A DNA stretch of 64,000 nucleotides from the human T2T-CHM13v2.0 reference genome, Homo sapiens: the NCBI RefSeq assembly GCF_009914755.1, contig NC_060925.1. One strand, 5' to 3'. A model generated the notes under the pieces. It searched no databases. It was not told where the DNA came from and worked only from the letters and a program-made list of their open reading frames with translations. Positions 13,960 to 25,771 of the stretch are shown here, piece after piece (position 1 is the first letter of the stretch; every line of letters begins with the position of its first letter). A program made the translations under genes and the position numbers.

Positions 13960-14044
13960 GATCCCAGTAGAGGTCAGTAGTGAGCAGACCTTGTAGTCCA
14001 TGGTATTCACTGTCTCTCACTGGTAAGGATACTTGATAATAGGT
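13960..14044 (+). repeat. Left arm of a long-range inverted repeat (partner 15850-15930)
   Basis: Aligns to the reverse complement of 15850-15930 with 9 substitutions and 4 gap bases; 26-nt perfect core 14013-14038. Confidence 0.95.
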
Positions 14045-14220
14045 GATTTTTAGCACCTTCTGTGAAATATACAAGAAAAGTGATGTTATCCTGCTAAACA
14101 AGTATGTTTTCTATCTTTGCTCTGTTCCACAGAAAATTCCACAGCCACTCTATTCCACTAGTCACAAGGCAGTCCAGTTGAAAAAATATGGAGAGAGAAA
14201 TGAAACTATTTGTATGGTAG

Positions 14221-14269
14221 AAAAATAACTTTAAACACATATTTTAAATAAAAATAACTTTAAACACAT
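14221..14269. repeat. 20-bp direct repeat, period 29
   Basis: AAAAATAACTTTAAACACAT at 14221-14240 and 14250-14269. Confidence 0.9.
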
Positions 14270-14959
14270 GCGTTATTAATACTTTGTCTTGTAACTACAA
14301 TGAGATCAGTTTTCCCTGAAGGAATGAATCAATGATGAATGAATAAATGAATGAATGGGGTTAATATCACCTTCAAGTAAGCTCTGCATTTTTGAAGGAA
14401 TATGTATATGGCAGAGTAAACACACATACTACCTTTTTTTCAGATGTCCATAGATTCTTCTGTGCTTTATAATTTAAAAGTATTCCAGAATTCGTAGTTG
14501 CATTTTGTTATTTTATATGTATTCCAATCAACATTCACTGAGTGTAAAACTACATTCATGTGAAGGTCCACAAAGATTTAAAGAAATTGGCAAGCTTTCT
14601 TTCAGGAATCCAAGTTAAATTTCACACAGCTATGAACAACAGAAGTATTGCTCTTGGTATGACCTATCTATGGGGGTTTGCTGCTTTTCTCCACTAACCA
14701 TTTTGAATTTCACAACCACTTTGTAACATGCATCGAACATAAGAATAATGGGGTTTGAAAGTTGTAAAATTATGTTTACTTTGCTAAGCCAAAGTTTTAA
14801 TTCATCCCACATATTTTACAGTGTCTAGAATGAGTTTTGGTATACATTATTTTTATACTCTTACCTTAAAGTAAAACATGGCAAAGCCTAACAAAAACTA
14901 AAGTTATTTAATTTCCTCAAAAATGGTAATGTAGTTTAAATTGAAAGAAACTGATTTGA

Positions 14960-15075
14960 TGTTAAAAGACTTGACTTTCCATACTGGTAGTGTGACCTTA
15001 AACTAGACACTTTTACCCTTGGCCTCATTTCCTTGTCTGTAAAACGAGGTAGGTTAGACAGGCTGATTTTATAGG
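14960..15075 (+). mobile_element. MIR fragment
   Basis: GTGTGACCTT...GGCCTCATTTCCTTGTCTGTAAAACGAGG matches the MIR core. Confidence 0.7.
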
Positions 15076-15139
15076 TTTGATCCTACTCTCATAATGTACT
15101 TCTCTTTGGCACCTACTTGATTATGCCTTGTGCATTGTC

Positions 15140-15275
15140 ATTTGTGTACTTGTTTTCTCTCTTCATAGAATACAAGCTCCATCCTTGAAAGCAAAGAATG
15201 CTTCAGTCATCACACAGTAGCTAGCAAAGGAACTGGCACATAACTGATGGGAGAGCAGTAAATATATGTGGAAAT
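15140..15275 (+). mobile_element. L2 3'-end fragment
   Basis: TAGAATACAAGCTCCAT...CTGGCACATAA...GTAAATATATGTGGAAATGAA. Confidence 0.55.
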
Positions 15276-15849
15276 GAAAGCAGGATATAGGAGTATTATC
15301 TTATTCTAGAGGTGGAGTACATTTCTCTGTGTTTTCTACAATTACCCATCAGCACAGCATTGAAACTAACACAGTGTGGTAACTACCATTTCTATACTTC
15401 TATTTCATTGATGTTAAAATGAAAGACAGCCAGTAGAAAAATGTGCAATTACTAAGATATCAGAGCTTTTAAAATGTATACGTAGAAGTTGATTGAAAAG
15501 TTCCGCCTTCTATTTTGGAATGTTTTAAAGTTATCAAAGATTCAAAGATCCTTTTGTTCCCCCAAGAATTAAATTCTATTGCAACCCAGAAGAGCTGAAC
15601 TCTATTCTGTAACTTTCCATTTTGCAAACTTCCCACTTCTATCTGATGTTTTCTGGACATTTTAATCTTTGTAAATAGATGTATTTCTGCTTCATAATGT
15701 CAGCATATGTGAGTCAATGATTTAATCATTGAGTTTATGAGAAGTGGTCATACCTAGGATATCTCATACATTCCCTCTTTCCCTCTTTGTAGAAGAGGAG
15801 GATGTATAAAATAGATACATCCATCCTACATTGATACTTGATATAGATA

Positions 15850-15930
15850 ACCTATATCAAGTATCCTTACCAGTGAGAGAGTGTGAATATCATGGACTAT
15901 GTCTTCTCATTACTGATTTCTACTGGGCTC
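15850..15930 (-). repeat. Right arm of the long-range inverted repeat
   Basis: Reverse complement of 13960-14044; perfect core 15855-15880. Confidence 0.95.
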
Positions 15931-16036
15931 ATATAAATATATGTGATATATTTATATAATAATGTGTATTAAAATAATATATATATTTATATATAAATAT
16001 AGGTATATATATAAATATATATGTGTGTGTGTATAT
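15931..16036. repeat. AT-rich (TA)n low-complexity tract
   Basis: Direct reading. Confidence 0.85.
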
Positions 16037-17211
16037 GAGGAAAACAAACATATCCATATATCCAAGTGCTTCCTAACATTTCTCACGAAAGCATAATTTA
16101 GAAAAATCCTTTTAGATGGAAAGAAAGGAATGGCACATATCTTGTTAGGCTGCATCTTTGCAGGTTCATTTTAAATTAATTCATAGATCGAAAAGAAGAG
16201 TTAAAATAAAGCAAAAGCCAAAATTTTAAAATTGCTCTAATTCCTACATAAGTCCAAATAAAAAGTTTATTACAAATATATTCAAGACTACAATAAACAA
16301 ATTGAAAATGGCAGCTAGAAAGGAGTACAATAGATTTTAAATGTTAATCTATTTCTCTTTTTCGTAAATGCCCGAGGTGTTTATATAAAGGAATGAAGAT
16401 TAGGCTTTCAGCTTTATCACTTCGTTGTGTGTAAATGGGGAACATAAGCATCATATAAATCATAAATATCTGTCTAAGAAGATGACCTTCCCAAAGCCAT
16501 TTTCTTTTCCCTGAAACTCTTTGCTGCTCCGGCCTTAAGGTTTAAGAAACTGCTCAAGATTCTGACAACCAACCACAGTGGCCCATCTGTCTGCAAAACC
16601 ATTCTCATTGCTCTCTTTTGTGTTATTTTCCTCTTATTTGTCATAGCGTACTCAAGGCCTTCTCGTTACTCCCAGAGCATTCACATGTGGGACATAGGGG
16701 ACTGTCTCTCATCTGCCCTTATTTGATGTGGTTGGTTAGCTTGTCCTGGAGTAAGTTTCTGTTCCCTGGGGATAACCACCTGAAAAGACCCTGCTGGGTC
16801 CTGTCTCAAAGGAGAGAACAAATCTGCGTAGTCTTAAACTGACTGGACTAGGGGTTAAATGCGAAAGTGACCCTGGCACCTGGAGACGCTGCATCTCCGA
16901 CCTTCAAGCTGCTGGGCCCGTGAATGACTGCTGAGCTGCTGGAGGTGTCACAGAGAGACTCAGTGGGGATGAGAATTTTTAATGATTTATGGAACTTTGC
17001 TTGGTACTGAGAACTACACTTTTTGGTTATAGGCCATTTTAGAAATTACTGCAATATGGAACTTATGTTAACTGCTTTGTAGAAACACATGCACAATAAT
17101 GTTTATTATTATCAAGATTTGCAATGTGCGTGGGTGCTCACGTGCATTCTGTTTTCTGTGAATCTCAAACGTAAGGCATTATACTGACAGATGTCATCAT
17201 CTCCGTCATCA

Positions 17212-17510
17212 CAATAATAGCTAACATTCATCTAGCATTTACCATGTGTCAGTTACTGTGCTGAGAACCTTCTATGTGTTTCCTCACGTAATCCTCACTA
17301 TAGCTCTATATCATTTAATCTACATTTTGGGTCCTAAATGTTGTGACTATTATTATTCTGTTATACAGGTAAATAAAATTATACCTAGATAATTATACAG
17401 GTAAATAAAATTATACCTAGATAAGTTAAGATCTCGCTGAAAGCCACATGGATTATGATTGGCAGAGAACAATTCCAAACCACTGCTACTGTCATAGCCT
17501 GTACTCCAAA
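17212..17510 (-). mobile_element. MIR (antisense) containing a 32-bp tandem duplication
   Basis: AATAATAGCTAACATT...TAATCCTCAC...AAGTTAAG...AAGCCACA is the reverse complement of MIR. Confidence 0.75.
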
Positions 17511-17768
17511 GTATAAATGAGCATGAAGCTAGCTCATCCCTGAATATTTGCTGAATTACTACTGTGTGCAAGTTAGAGACAAATAGAATATCATTAACCT
17601 GGGAAGTTAACTTTTCAGAGCCAAAATATCAGGGTTGAAGAGACTGTTAGGGTCTCTAACAAAACAGAACTCACAGCCTTTATTCTTAGAACACCTGATA
17701 CAATGCAGACATTCAATAAACACAGTAGAACAAAAATGGCACTGGGGCTTATTAAAGGACAACATGCA

Positions 17769-18078
17769 GCCAGGCACAGTGTCTCATGCCTGTAATCACG
17801 GCAATCTGGGAGGCTGAGGCAGGCAAATAACTTGAGGTCGGGAGTTCGAGACCAGCCTGGCCAAAATGGTGAAACCCCATCACTACTAAAAATAGAAAAA
17901 AATTAGCCAGGGGTGGTGGCATGTGCCTATAATCCCAGCTACTCAAGAGGCTGAGGCAGGAGAATCGCTTGAATCCAGGAGGTAGAGATTGCAGTGAGAC
18001 AAGATTTTGCCACTGTTCTCCAGGCTGGGTGACAAGAGTAAGACTCTGTCTCAGAATTAAAAAAAACAAACAAAAAAA
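17769..18078 (+). mobile_element. AluS (Sq-like)
   Basis: Full dimer, A-rich tail, TSD GACAA[C/T]ATGCA. Confidence 0.92.
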
Positions 18079-18199
18079 AGACAATATGCAATCACTAGCA
18101 TTCACTCATTTGAACCTGTTAAAAAGCGACTCACCACAAGACAAAATGTGTGTTCCGTTCCACCTGTGAGGAATGGTACATCATGAGGCAGAAAAGCAG

Positions 18200-18420
18200 T
18201 GACACAGAGCCAGGCAACCTGAGTTCAGTCCTGTGGCAGCCACTTACTGGTTGCAAAACTAGGGACAAAAATCAGTGATATTTCTAAGCCTTAGGGATAA
18301 TAATAATCTTACCTACCACACAGGATTATTGTTAGGATTAAATAAAGTATTTCATATGGTAGATTTAAAGAACGCATGACAGACACATTATAAGCTCTCT
18401 ATAACATCAGCTATTGTGAT
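18200..18420 (+). mobile_element. MIR
   Basis: CCTGAGTTCAGTCC...GCCACTTACT...GGGATAATAATAATCTTACCTACCACACAGGATTATTGTTAGGATTAAAT. Confidence 0.75.
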
Positions 18421-18931
18421 GGTTGTGTTCAGTTTTATCAAAATCTTGGATGAAGGGGCTATTAAAAGACATCAAGCCCAAACTAATACTGATCATAGAA
18501 GCCCCAACTAAAAAATTGGTGGAGACATTTAGCCTTGCTAGAGAATAAAACAACTCACTGCTTTACATGAATACCTTCATTTTCTTTTTTCCATTTTAGG
18601 AAATTTCTACATGCTAAATTTTTTTCTGTATAGTGAGTTAAAATTGGTTGCTCTGTCATTTTTATCAATGACTCTGAAGCTTCACAAGCTACAATAATTT
18701 TCTCCTTAAAGACAGATTTTCAAACATTCAAAAACCTCTGCATTATTTGTGTACATTTTCTCTTCCCATGTAAGGAGACACTTATACAGTTATTTTAACT
18801 ATTTCTATTTTGATATGATTTTGAGACCTTTCTTATTATTGATCATCATTCTTTTGAGCAGGTTTCAGTTTGAAAATGTCCATCCTAAAATACGTTGTGG
18901 GGAGGGAGAGGCAATATTTCAGGTGAAGTCT

Positions 18932-19239
18932 TCTTTTCTTTTTTCTTTTTTTTTTTTTAGACAGGGTCTCACCCTGTCACCCAGGCTGGAGTGCACTGGT
19001 GCAATCATGGCTCACTGCAACCTCTGCCTCCAGGCTCAAGGGATACTCCTACCTCAGCCTCCCAAGTAGCTGGGACCACAGGTGCATGCCACCACACCCA
19101 GCTAATTTTTTGTGTTTTTGGTAGAAACAAGGTTTCACCATATTGTCCAGGCTGGTCTCGAATTCCTGTACTCAAGTGATCCACCTGTGTCAGCCTCCCA
19201 AAATGCTGGGATTACAGGAGTGAGCCACCATGCCCAGCC
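18932..19239 (-). mobile_element. AluJ (Jb-like)
   Basis: Full dimer; TSD AG[G/A]TGAAGTCT. Confidence 0.9.
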
Positions 19240-20285
19240 AGATGAAGTCTGCTTTCTGAGAAGTAATGAAATCTTTACCATCCGCATTCTGGATACTATA
19301 TCAACATAATCTAAAAATGTATTACATGTTGACTGAGCAGAAATTTAGTCAGTTGAAACTCCTGAGTATTTTTCCACTGAATCATTTGTGAATCTCTGCA
19401 TACTTTCATTGATTCCTGTTTTAATTTTTATTAGTTTTATTATTCAAACTTATCAAGTTGTTTTTATCTTGCTATTCTATCAGAGCATTAGTGTCATCTC
19501 CACTGTTTTTATAATACATTTATTTCATAATTTTTTTATAATTTTAATACAAGATCTAAGAATATGAGAGCTAATATAAGGCTGAAGCAAAATTTAGAGA
19601 GATGGTTTTCTAGGTGGATATCCATTCATTAATCAAAATATATGAATAACTTGATCAAATCAGTTCTAGTTCTTTACAAGTATAGAATTTTAAAATGCAT
19701 ATGTCTTTTGACTTAGCAATCCCATTTCTAGAAATTCGTCTTACAAAAATAAAAAACAAAAATGCATAAATACATATATTTATACAGTACTCATTTTAGG
19801 AGTTTTCCTATACTGGAGTTGCATGTTTCATGGAACTTAGGTTCTAAAGTTAGTGAAAAGCATATCTGAAAATCTCTTAAATAATAGAATTACTCTCAGT
19901 ACAGAAAGATGCTTACACTATAATAGCTTCAAGAGAACTTAGGTTGACTAAAAAAAACAGACTTAGTTCTCCTATGGCATTCTCACTCCTAAGTATAAAC
20001 TCATTGATAAGTTGCCCCAGTGGAAAAAGACAACAGTATGTAAGTAATAATCTCTTCCCTTTTCTCTCTCTCTTCCCTGGTAATAATAAAATATGCTGTG
20101 TTCATTTCTAAGGAATGTTATGTAACTTTTTAAACAGTGAAGTAGATTTGCATATGTTTATGTGTCGACTTAGACACACACACACACATACACAGACAGA
20201 GGGTTACCCCTAGTTACAGGGATGGTCACATGATGAAGAGAGAGAAGAACAAGGATATTAATTTATACCACTTGAACTTATGTAA

Positions 20286-20602
<317 letters not shown>

Positions 20603-20879
20603 TTAAATTTTTATAATAACAATTTGCTACTTAAAATACTAAGTATAATTTTAAGAATCAAGGATATTAATGATTTCTTCTCTCTCATGATTTTCTAAGC
20701 AATTATGGAAATATTAGGTTGCATAATAACAATTACATTTAACTCAACAAATAATTAACATTAGACCTGTAAGATTTGAATATCGAGAAATCTTATTCAA
20801 TCATTTTGAGAAGAAAGCTGTCTCCTAAGGAAGACAGAAAGATATAGAATTTATTCTACTTTGAGACCTAGAGCAAACT

Positions 20880-21380
20880 AAAAAAGGGACTTATCATTAA
20901 CCTGGGCCTTGATGAATCCAAAGGGATCAGGGAAGCCAGAAAGGATATTTTAGGCAGAAGGGAGAGCATGTTCCAAGACAAGGAAGCAGCTGTGAGCATG
21001 ACCAGTACTACTGACCTAGACTACTGGTAGTCTAGCTTGGCTGTGGAATGAATGATCAAAGAGTGAGAGATAACCTCAGACTGGCAAGCTGGAGTTACGA
21101 TGGGGAAGTCCTGCCTAATATAGCATTCTAAGAAGTTTATTTGTAGAAAGTGGAGAAATACAGGGGTATGTTTAGGTAAGAGAGGCACAAGATTATGTGT
21201 GTGTTTTTGGAAAGTTCATTTTGGAGACTGTGTGGTGATTTGATCTCAGTTAAGAAAGGCTGTATCCAAGCAGACTGGATATAAGGTCGTTAAAATAATC
21301 TAGTAGAAAGATGATGAGTGTCTGGGCTGGAGAATAGCAGTGGAGGTAGAGAAGAGCCAGAGAATTCATGAGACGAGTCA
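20880..21380 (-). mobile_element. L2 fragment(s)
   Basis: TTTTAGGCAGAAGGGAGAGCATGTTCCAAG and AATAATCTAGTAGAAAGATGATGAG...AGCAGTGGAGGTAGAGAAG are typical antisense L2. Confidence 0.7.
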
Positions 21381-21539
21381 GAGTCCAACTACAAGTTATT
21401 TCAGTCCTTGGGGATGTAATTAATCTGGAGCTGGTATTGTGAGCTCATTTAAGTAGCTAAGTGCTCTCTTACTATCTCCTCACTTATCTAGGGATTTGAT
21501 TTCCTTGTTTGTCCTACCCTTTGGAATTTGAAGATCATT

Positions 21540-21960
21540 TTTTTTTCTTGATTGAGAAAACAGAAGCAAAATAGGAGTTTAGTCCTTTCAATGTCATCTG
21601 CTGATACTGCACCATCTGGCCCAGGAATCAGACCTATCCCTTGCTCAGTCTTTCTTAGAAATTATATTTAAATTGTCTTTAGTGCTTTCCAAAAGACTCG
21701 GCTTACTCTGTGGCTTAGCCTTATTGATACTATTTTTGCAGGTTCCTGTCTCTCTTTCAATGTTGCCCTTCATGGTGCATCTTTCCTTTTGGCTTCCATT
21801 TTTCTCAAGATTCCAGAAAGAGAAATATCTATTCTTGGTCTGTGGTAAATTTCTTAGACCTGAATTTTCAGCTTTTCTCATTGTAAGAGAATATCAAATA
21901 AATAATCCTTCCTCCTTTTTTATTATTGGACATTTTAGAGTGACAGTGTTAATACCAACA
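21540..21960 (-). mobile_element. L3/CR1 LINE ORF2 relic
   Basis: Minus-strand translation gives CKNSINKAKPQS..TKDN, GIGLIPGPDGAVSADDIERTKL and NSYFASVFSIK, matching the CR1 ORF2 linker (CRDxIRKAKAxxE..., GPLL...TDDxEKAELLNSYFASVF). Confidence 0.75.
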
Positions 21961-22434
21961 TGCATTTAATCATTTTTTTAATATTTGAGTTCTTTCATTT
22001 TCAGTTCAGAATGTCCTTCACATATATTTTGTCTGTTATTTTTATATCCTCTTTCTTTTCTTTTTTATTTGCTTAGCTCCAGTTTTCTCTGCTTTATGTA
22101 GCTCTCTTCTCTCCAAGGATTTTCTTGCTATCAATTTCTATTTTGATTGATCCACCTTCTTCTGGATAGTCTAGTCTGCTTCCTGGCCTTTCCCTCTTTC
22201 CTAGGTTACATGTTTTTACCATGTTAATGCTAACAATCCTGATATCCCAAAGCTATGAATGCAGGACATGCTATGTATACCTTTTTCTTCAATAGCATTT
22301 TAGAAATCTGTTTATTTATTTTAGAGCACTTCAAAATGTGTTTCTTTGTTTCTTCTGGATAGCAAATTTTATAACTATTAAAATCAAAGCATTTAATTGT
22401 TACTCGTGGTTATATTATAAATAGAAAAGCATTC

Positions 22435-22665
22435 TGGTTTAGTGAGAATAACCCCTGAGTAGGAGTAAAAAGATATGGGATTTTCCACTTTGCGGGTGTA
22501 TAACTGCCCTGTTTAAATCACAATTTTCCTAAGCCTCATTTCCCTTGTTATACATAAAATAGAAATGATAATATTTTCTATGGTAAATCACAACCTTGTA
22601 AGTATTAACTAAAATGGCATACGTAAGAACTATTTATAAGCTAGAAATTCTTATACAAATATAAA
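22435..22665 (+). mobile_element. MIR fragment
   Basis: TTTCCTAAGCCTCATTTCCCTTG...TAAAATAGAAATGATAATA. Confidence 0.6.
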
Positions 22666-25600
22666 TTATATTTAAAAATTAAACTCTAACAAAAATTTAG
22701 TTTGTTGATTACTTTTGTATATAATTTTCTGCATAAAACTTGAGGAAACTAATAAATAAGAACTGTTCATCTGGTCAAGGAGACCAGATCAACACCCACT
22801 TTTTTTTTCTACCTGATACTATGAAACCAAGCTTGCTAAGCTTCTCTGATATTTTTTTTCTTTTGAGCTAGATTATAGATGAAGTCAATAAAATACAGTT
22901 AGTTTAGCTTTTAATATTTTTTTTACCAACCAATGGAAAAGCATACTTAGCTCATGGATGAACTGGTTTTGCATTATATTTGCATAAACAATGTCTTCTA
23001 ATGGGAAAACATCCCACAAATATAAACTATTTTTGAAGTGTTATTTTGTGAAAATAATCAAGGATATTACAAATATTGTTTTCAAAGGCTATAGATTTGA
23101 TTTTGAGACTATCCTTTATACTAATCGTATATTTATAATGATGATTCTAGCAATTGTTCACAATTTCAATAACTAAAAATATAGATTTAAACATGCTGTA
23201 TGGGGTATTGATGATTCCCAAATCTATCTACTTTAACACTCATGAGATCTGCATTACCTTTACCGAAATTAAATAGGAGATTTATATACGAAATCCATTT
23301 GGGGATTAAGAAATTCAAAGAGAATGATAGGAACACCTTGAATAGGTAATTTGGTCCTTTTTGATGAAACTTTCAGAGACCTGATATAAGGTTAGTTGCA
23401 ATAACCATGCATGTCCTGAGGTTAATCAGGCTCAGGATTGCAGATTCAAACTGAAACGAAAAGCATGGAAGGGCATCAACTTAGGACCTTGTGTATGTTC
23501 TTCCTGTATGGGATTAGCATATGTTTCTTTACTTACTCAGTGCATAGCCCTTTGTATTTTAAGTGAAAATAAGTTCCAAAGTGCTACTGACCCTATTAGA
23601 AAAGAAATAGCAAAGCTCTCCCACTGTATGAAGGAAAGACTAGCAAAGTGAAATAAGTTAGCCTTGTAAGCAGAGGGTCAGCTTTTCTAATGAGCTAAAA
23701 GGCTTGGATATAAGTGAAGGTGAAATGCTGTTGAATTGTTACAAATGCACCAGAAATTGTCCACATTTAATCTAGTGGTGGGAGGGTGGAGCAAAAAGGA
23801 GAATCAACATTCTGATTGAGAATCTGCCAGTTTTCCATGTTAAGTGAAAACGACATGTTTCCAGGAATATGCCAGTTGTGTATCTCTTTACCTTAACCAA
23901 CACTGGGCATTCCTGCAGACCATTTTCAACTTGCAGCTCAGTCCAGTACCTTATGTTCCCTTTCTTCTGTCTTCTTCATTACTAACATTCTCCCTTTAAC
24001 CTAAAGAAAACAAAGGAGACCAGATCGACACCCATGTTGAGCCTTCACTCTCTTAACCACATGGAGCTAAGCTCTAGACAGATGCCCTGATTTTTCTGAT
24101 TCTAAGAGATTCTTGACTAATTTTACATTTTTGAAATTGAACTTGTACCAATATACCATAGACCGTCAAAACGATGTTAACATTACATCACATTATCTTG
24201 TAGATTTCTTTAACTTTTAAAATGGTCAGCAATACAACTGCAACATTATACTTATTATAGATTTAAGTGGAATTCTGTCTGTAACTGATTGACAATATCA
24301 ATAATTTTTATATCAAATAGGAATAGCAGTTTTTTTTCTTTAGTTGGGGCCTCTTTGTTTTATTCATATGCCTACAGCTAGATCCTCTTTTCTGTCTGTA
24401 GACAGTGATTCCTGCTGTGCACTGTTAAGAAAATGAGAAGACAAAATGGAGAATCAATTAAAAAAAAGCTTTAGTTGATGAAGCTTCATAGTAGATCAAT
24501 GGAATCCAGCTAGTTAAGCTATCTTTAGTAGCTGAGATAAGATTTTATAATCACTGTAAATACTTACACATTTCTATGTCTTCCTCATTTTGAATTTCTG
24601 TATTTGGACAAAATCTTCCTAAGTATTCAAAAATTTATGACATTTGAGTAAGTATTTCCTTAGTTATACTATAGATAACCAACTTTGGAAAGCAATAATT
24701 CAAAGATAATTTAACTCCACAAATATCCCACATATTTATTTAGAATATATGCACTTAAAAATTAACCTCTCCTTTCAAGAATTGAAACAAGGTATAAGTG
24801 CAGATTCAAGGTGGACATAATTATTTTATTCCATTACTTAGTACTAAAGGGAATTACTTATTTAACAGTTATTCTTTTATTACCTGCTTATTTAAACAGG
24901 TTTCCACATAAGCACAGGATATGTAAGACTGATATAAAGCAAGAATATTTGTTTAATAGGCAGATCCATAGATCTGATATTTATTAGGTTTCACTAAACT
25001 TGCATACAAGGAATAGTTGTTTAAAATTCCTAATAGCATTCAGTAAAAATATTGTTTGAACTATTTTAGCAAACCTTTGTTTTTTTTAAAAAATAAACAA
25101 ACATTAATGAACATCCTGCTAACTGACTCTTGTTCACATGAAGAAAATATCTTGGTACTGTTGATTAAATATGAAATCTAGAAGTAAATTATTTAGAAAT
25201 TAATTTAAAGCTGTAGCTAGTCTGTAAAATAAATCATACAATCCATACTATTTTCTCAACTTTGACCTAAATATACTGAAGGCATTGATATTCGCTTTAA
25301 AAATAGGACTATTTGTACTACATTATCATTTTTAGATTAAACAGTAGCAATTATATAGATACTGCTGATTCCGGAGCACAGCTATTCAAAACTCCAGCAG
25401 AAACCTGGAAATTTGAAACATTCTAATTGCTAAATTCACTGACACTTAAAATAGAATGTTTTGAATGTACTCAAATATGCATTAGCTCCAAATTGAATAA
25501 CATGGCATACATGAATTTTCACATAGTAACTCATTATTAAAATCCAGTTTCTGGGCTTAAGATATGGAATATATAAACACTCACCAAATACACCAACATG

Positions 25601-25771
25601 TATTTATCTAAAAAAGCAAACTATTATGTACCATGTAGTATGTAGAAATCATTCTGACAATACCTGAGCGTGATAACTATTATGATGTTCATTGTGTCTT
25701 AAAGATATTATTTCAATTTTTCCAGACAAAAATATATAGTTATATAGTAAATATGACTGTCAATAGGGAAG

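Noticed and set aside
13960-15930. Inverted arms as TIRs of a DNA transposon, or as a pre-miRNA
   Set aside because: No TSD or transposase remnant; the interior holds MIR/L2 relics that look more decayed than the arms; a 1.8-kb loop is incompatible with a Drosha hairpin.
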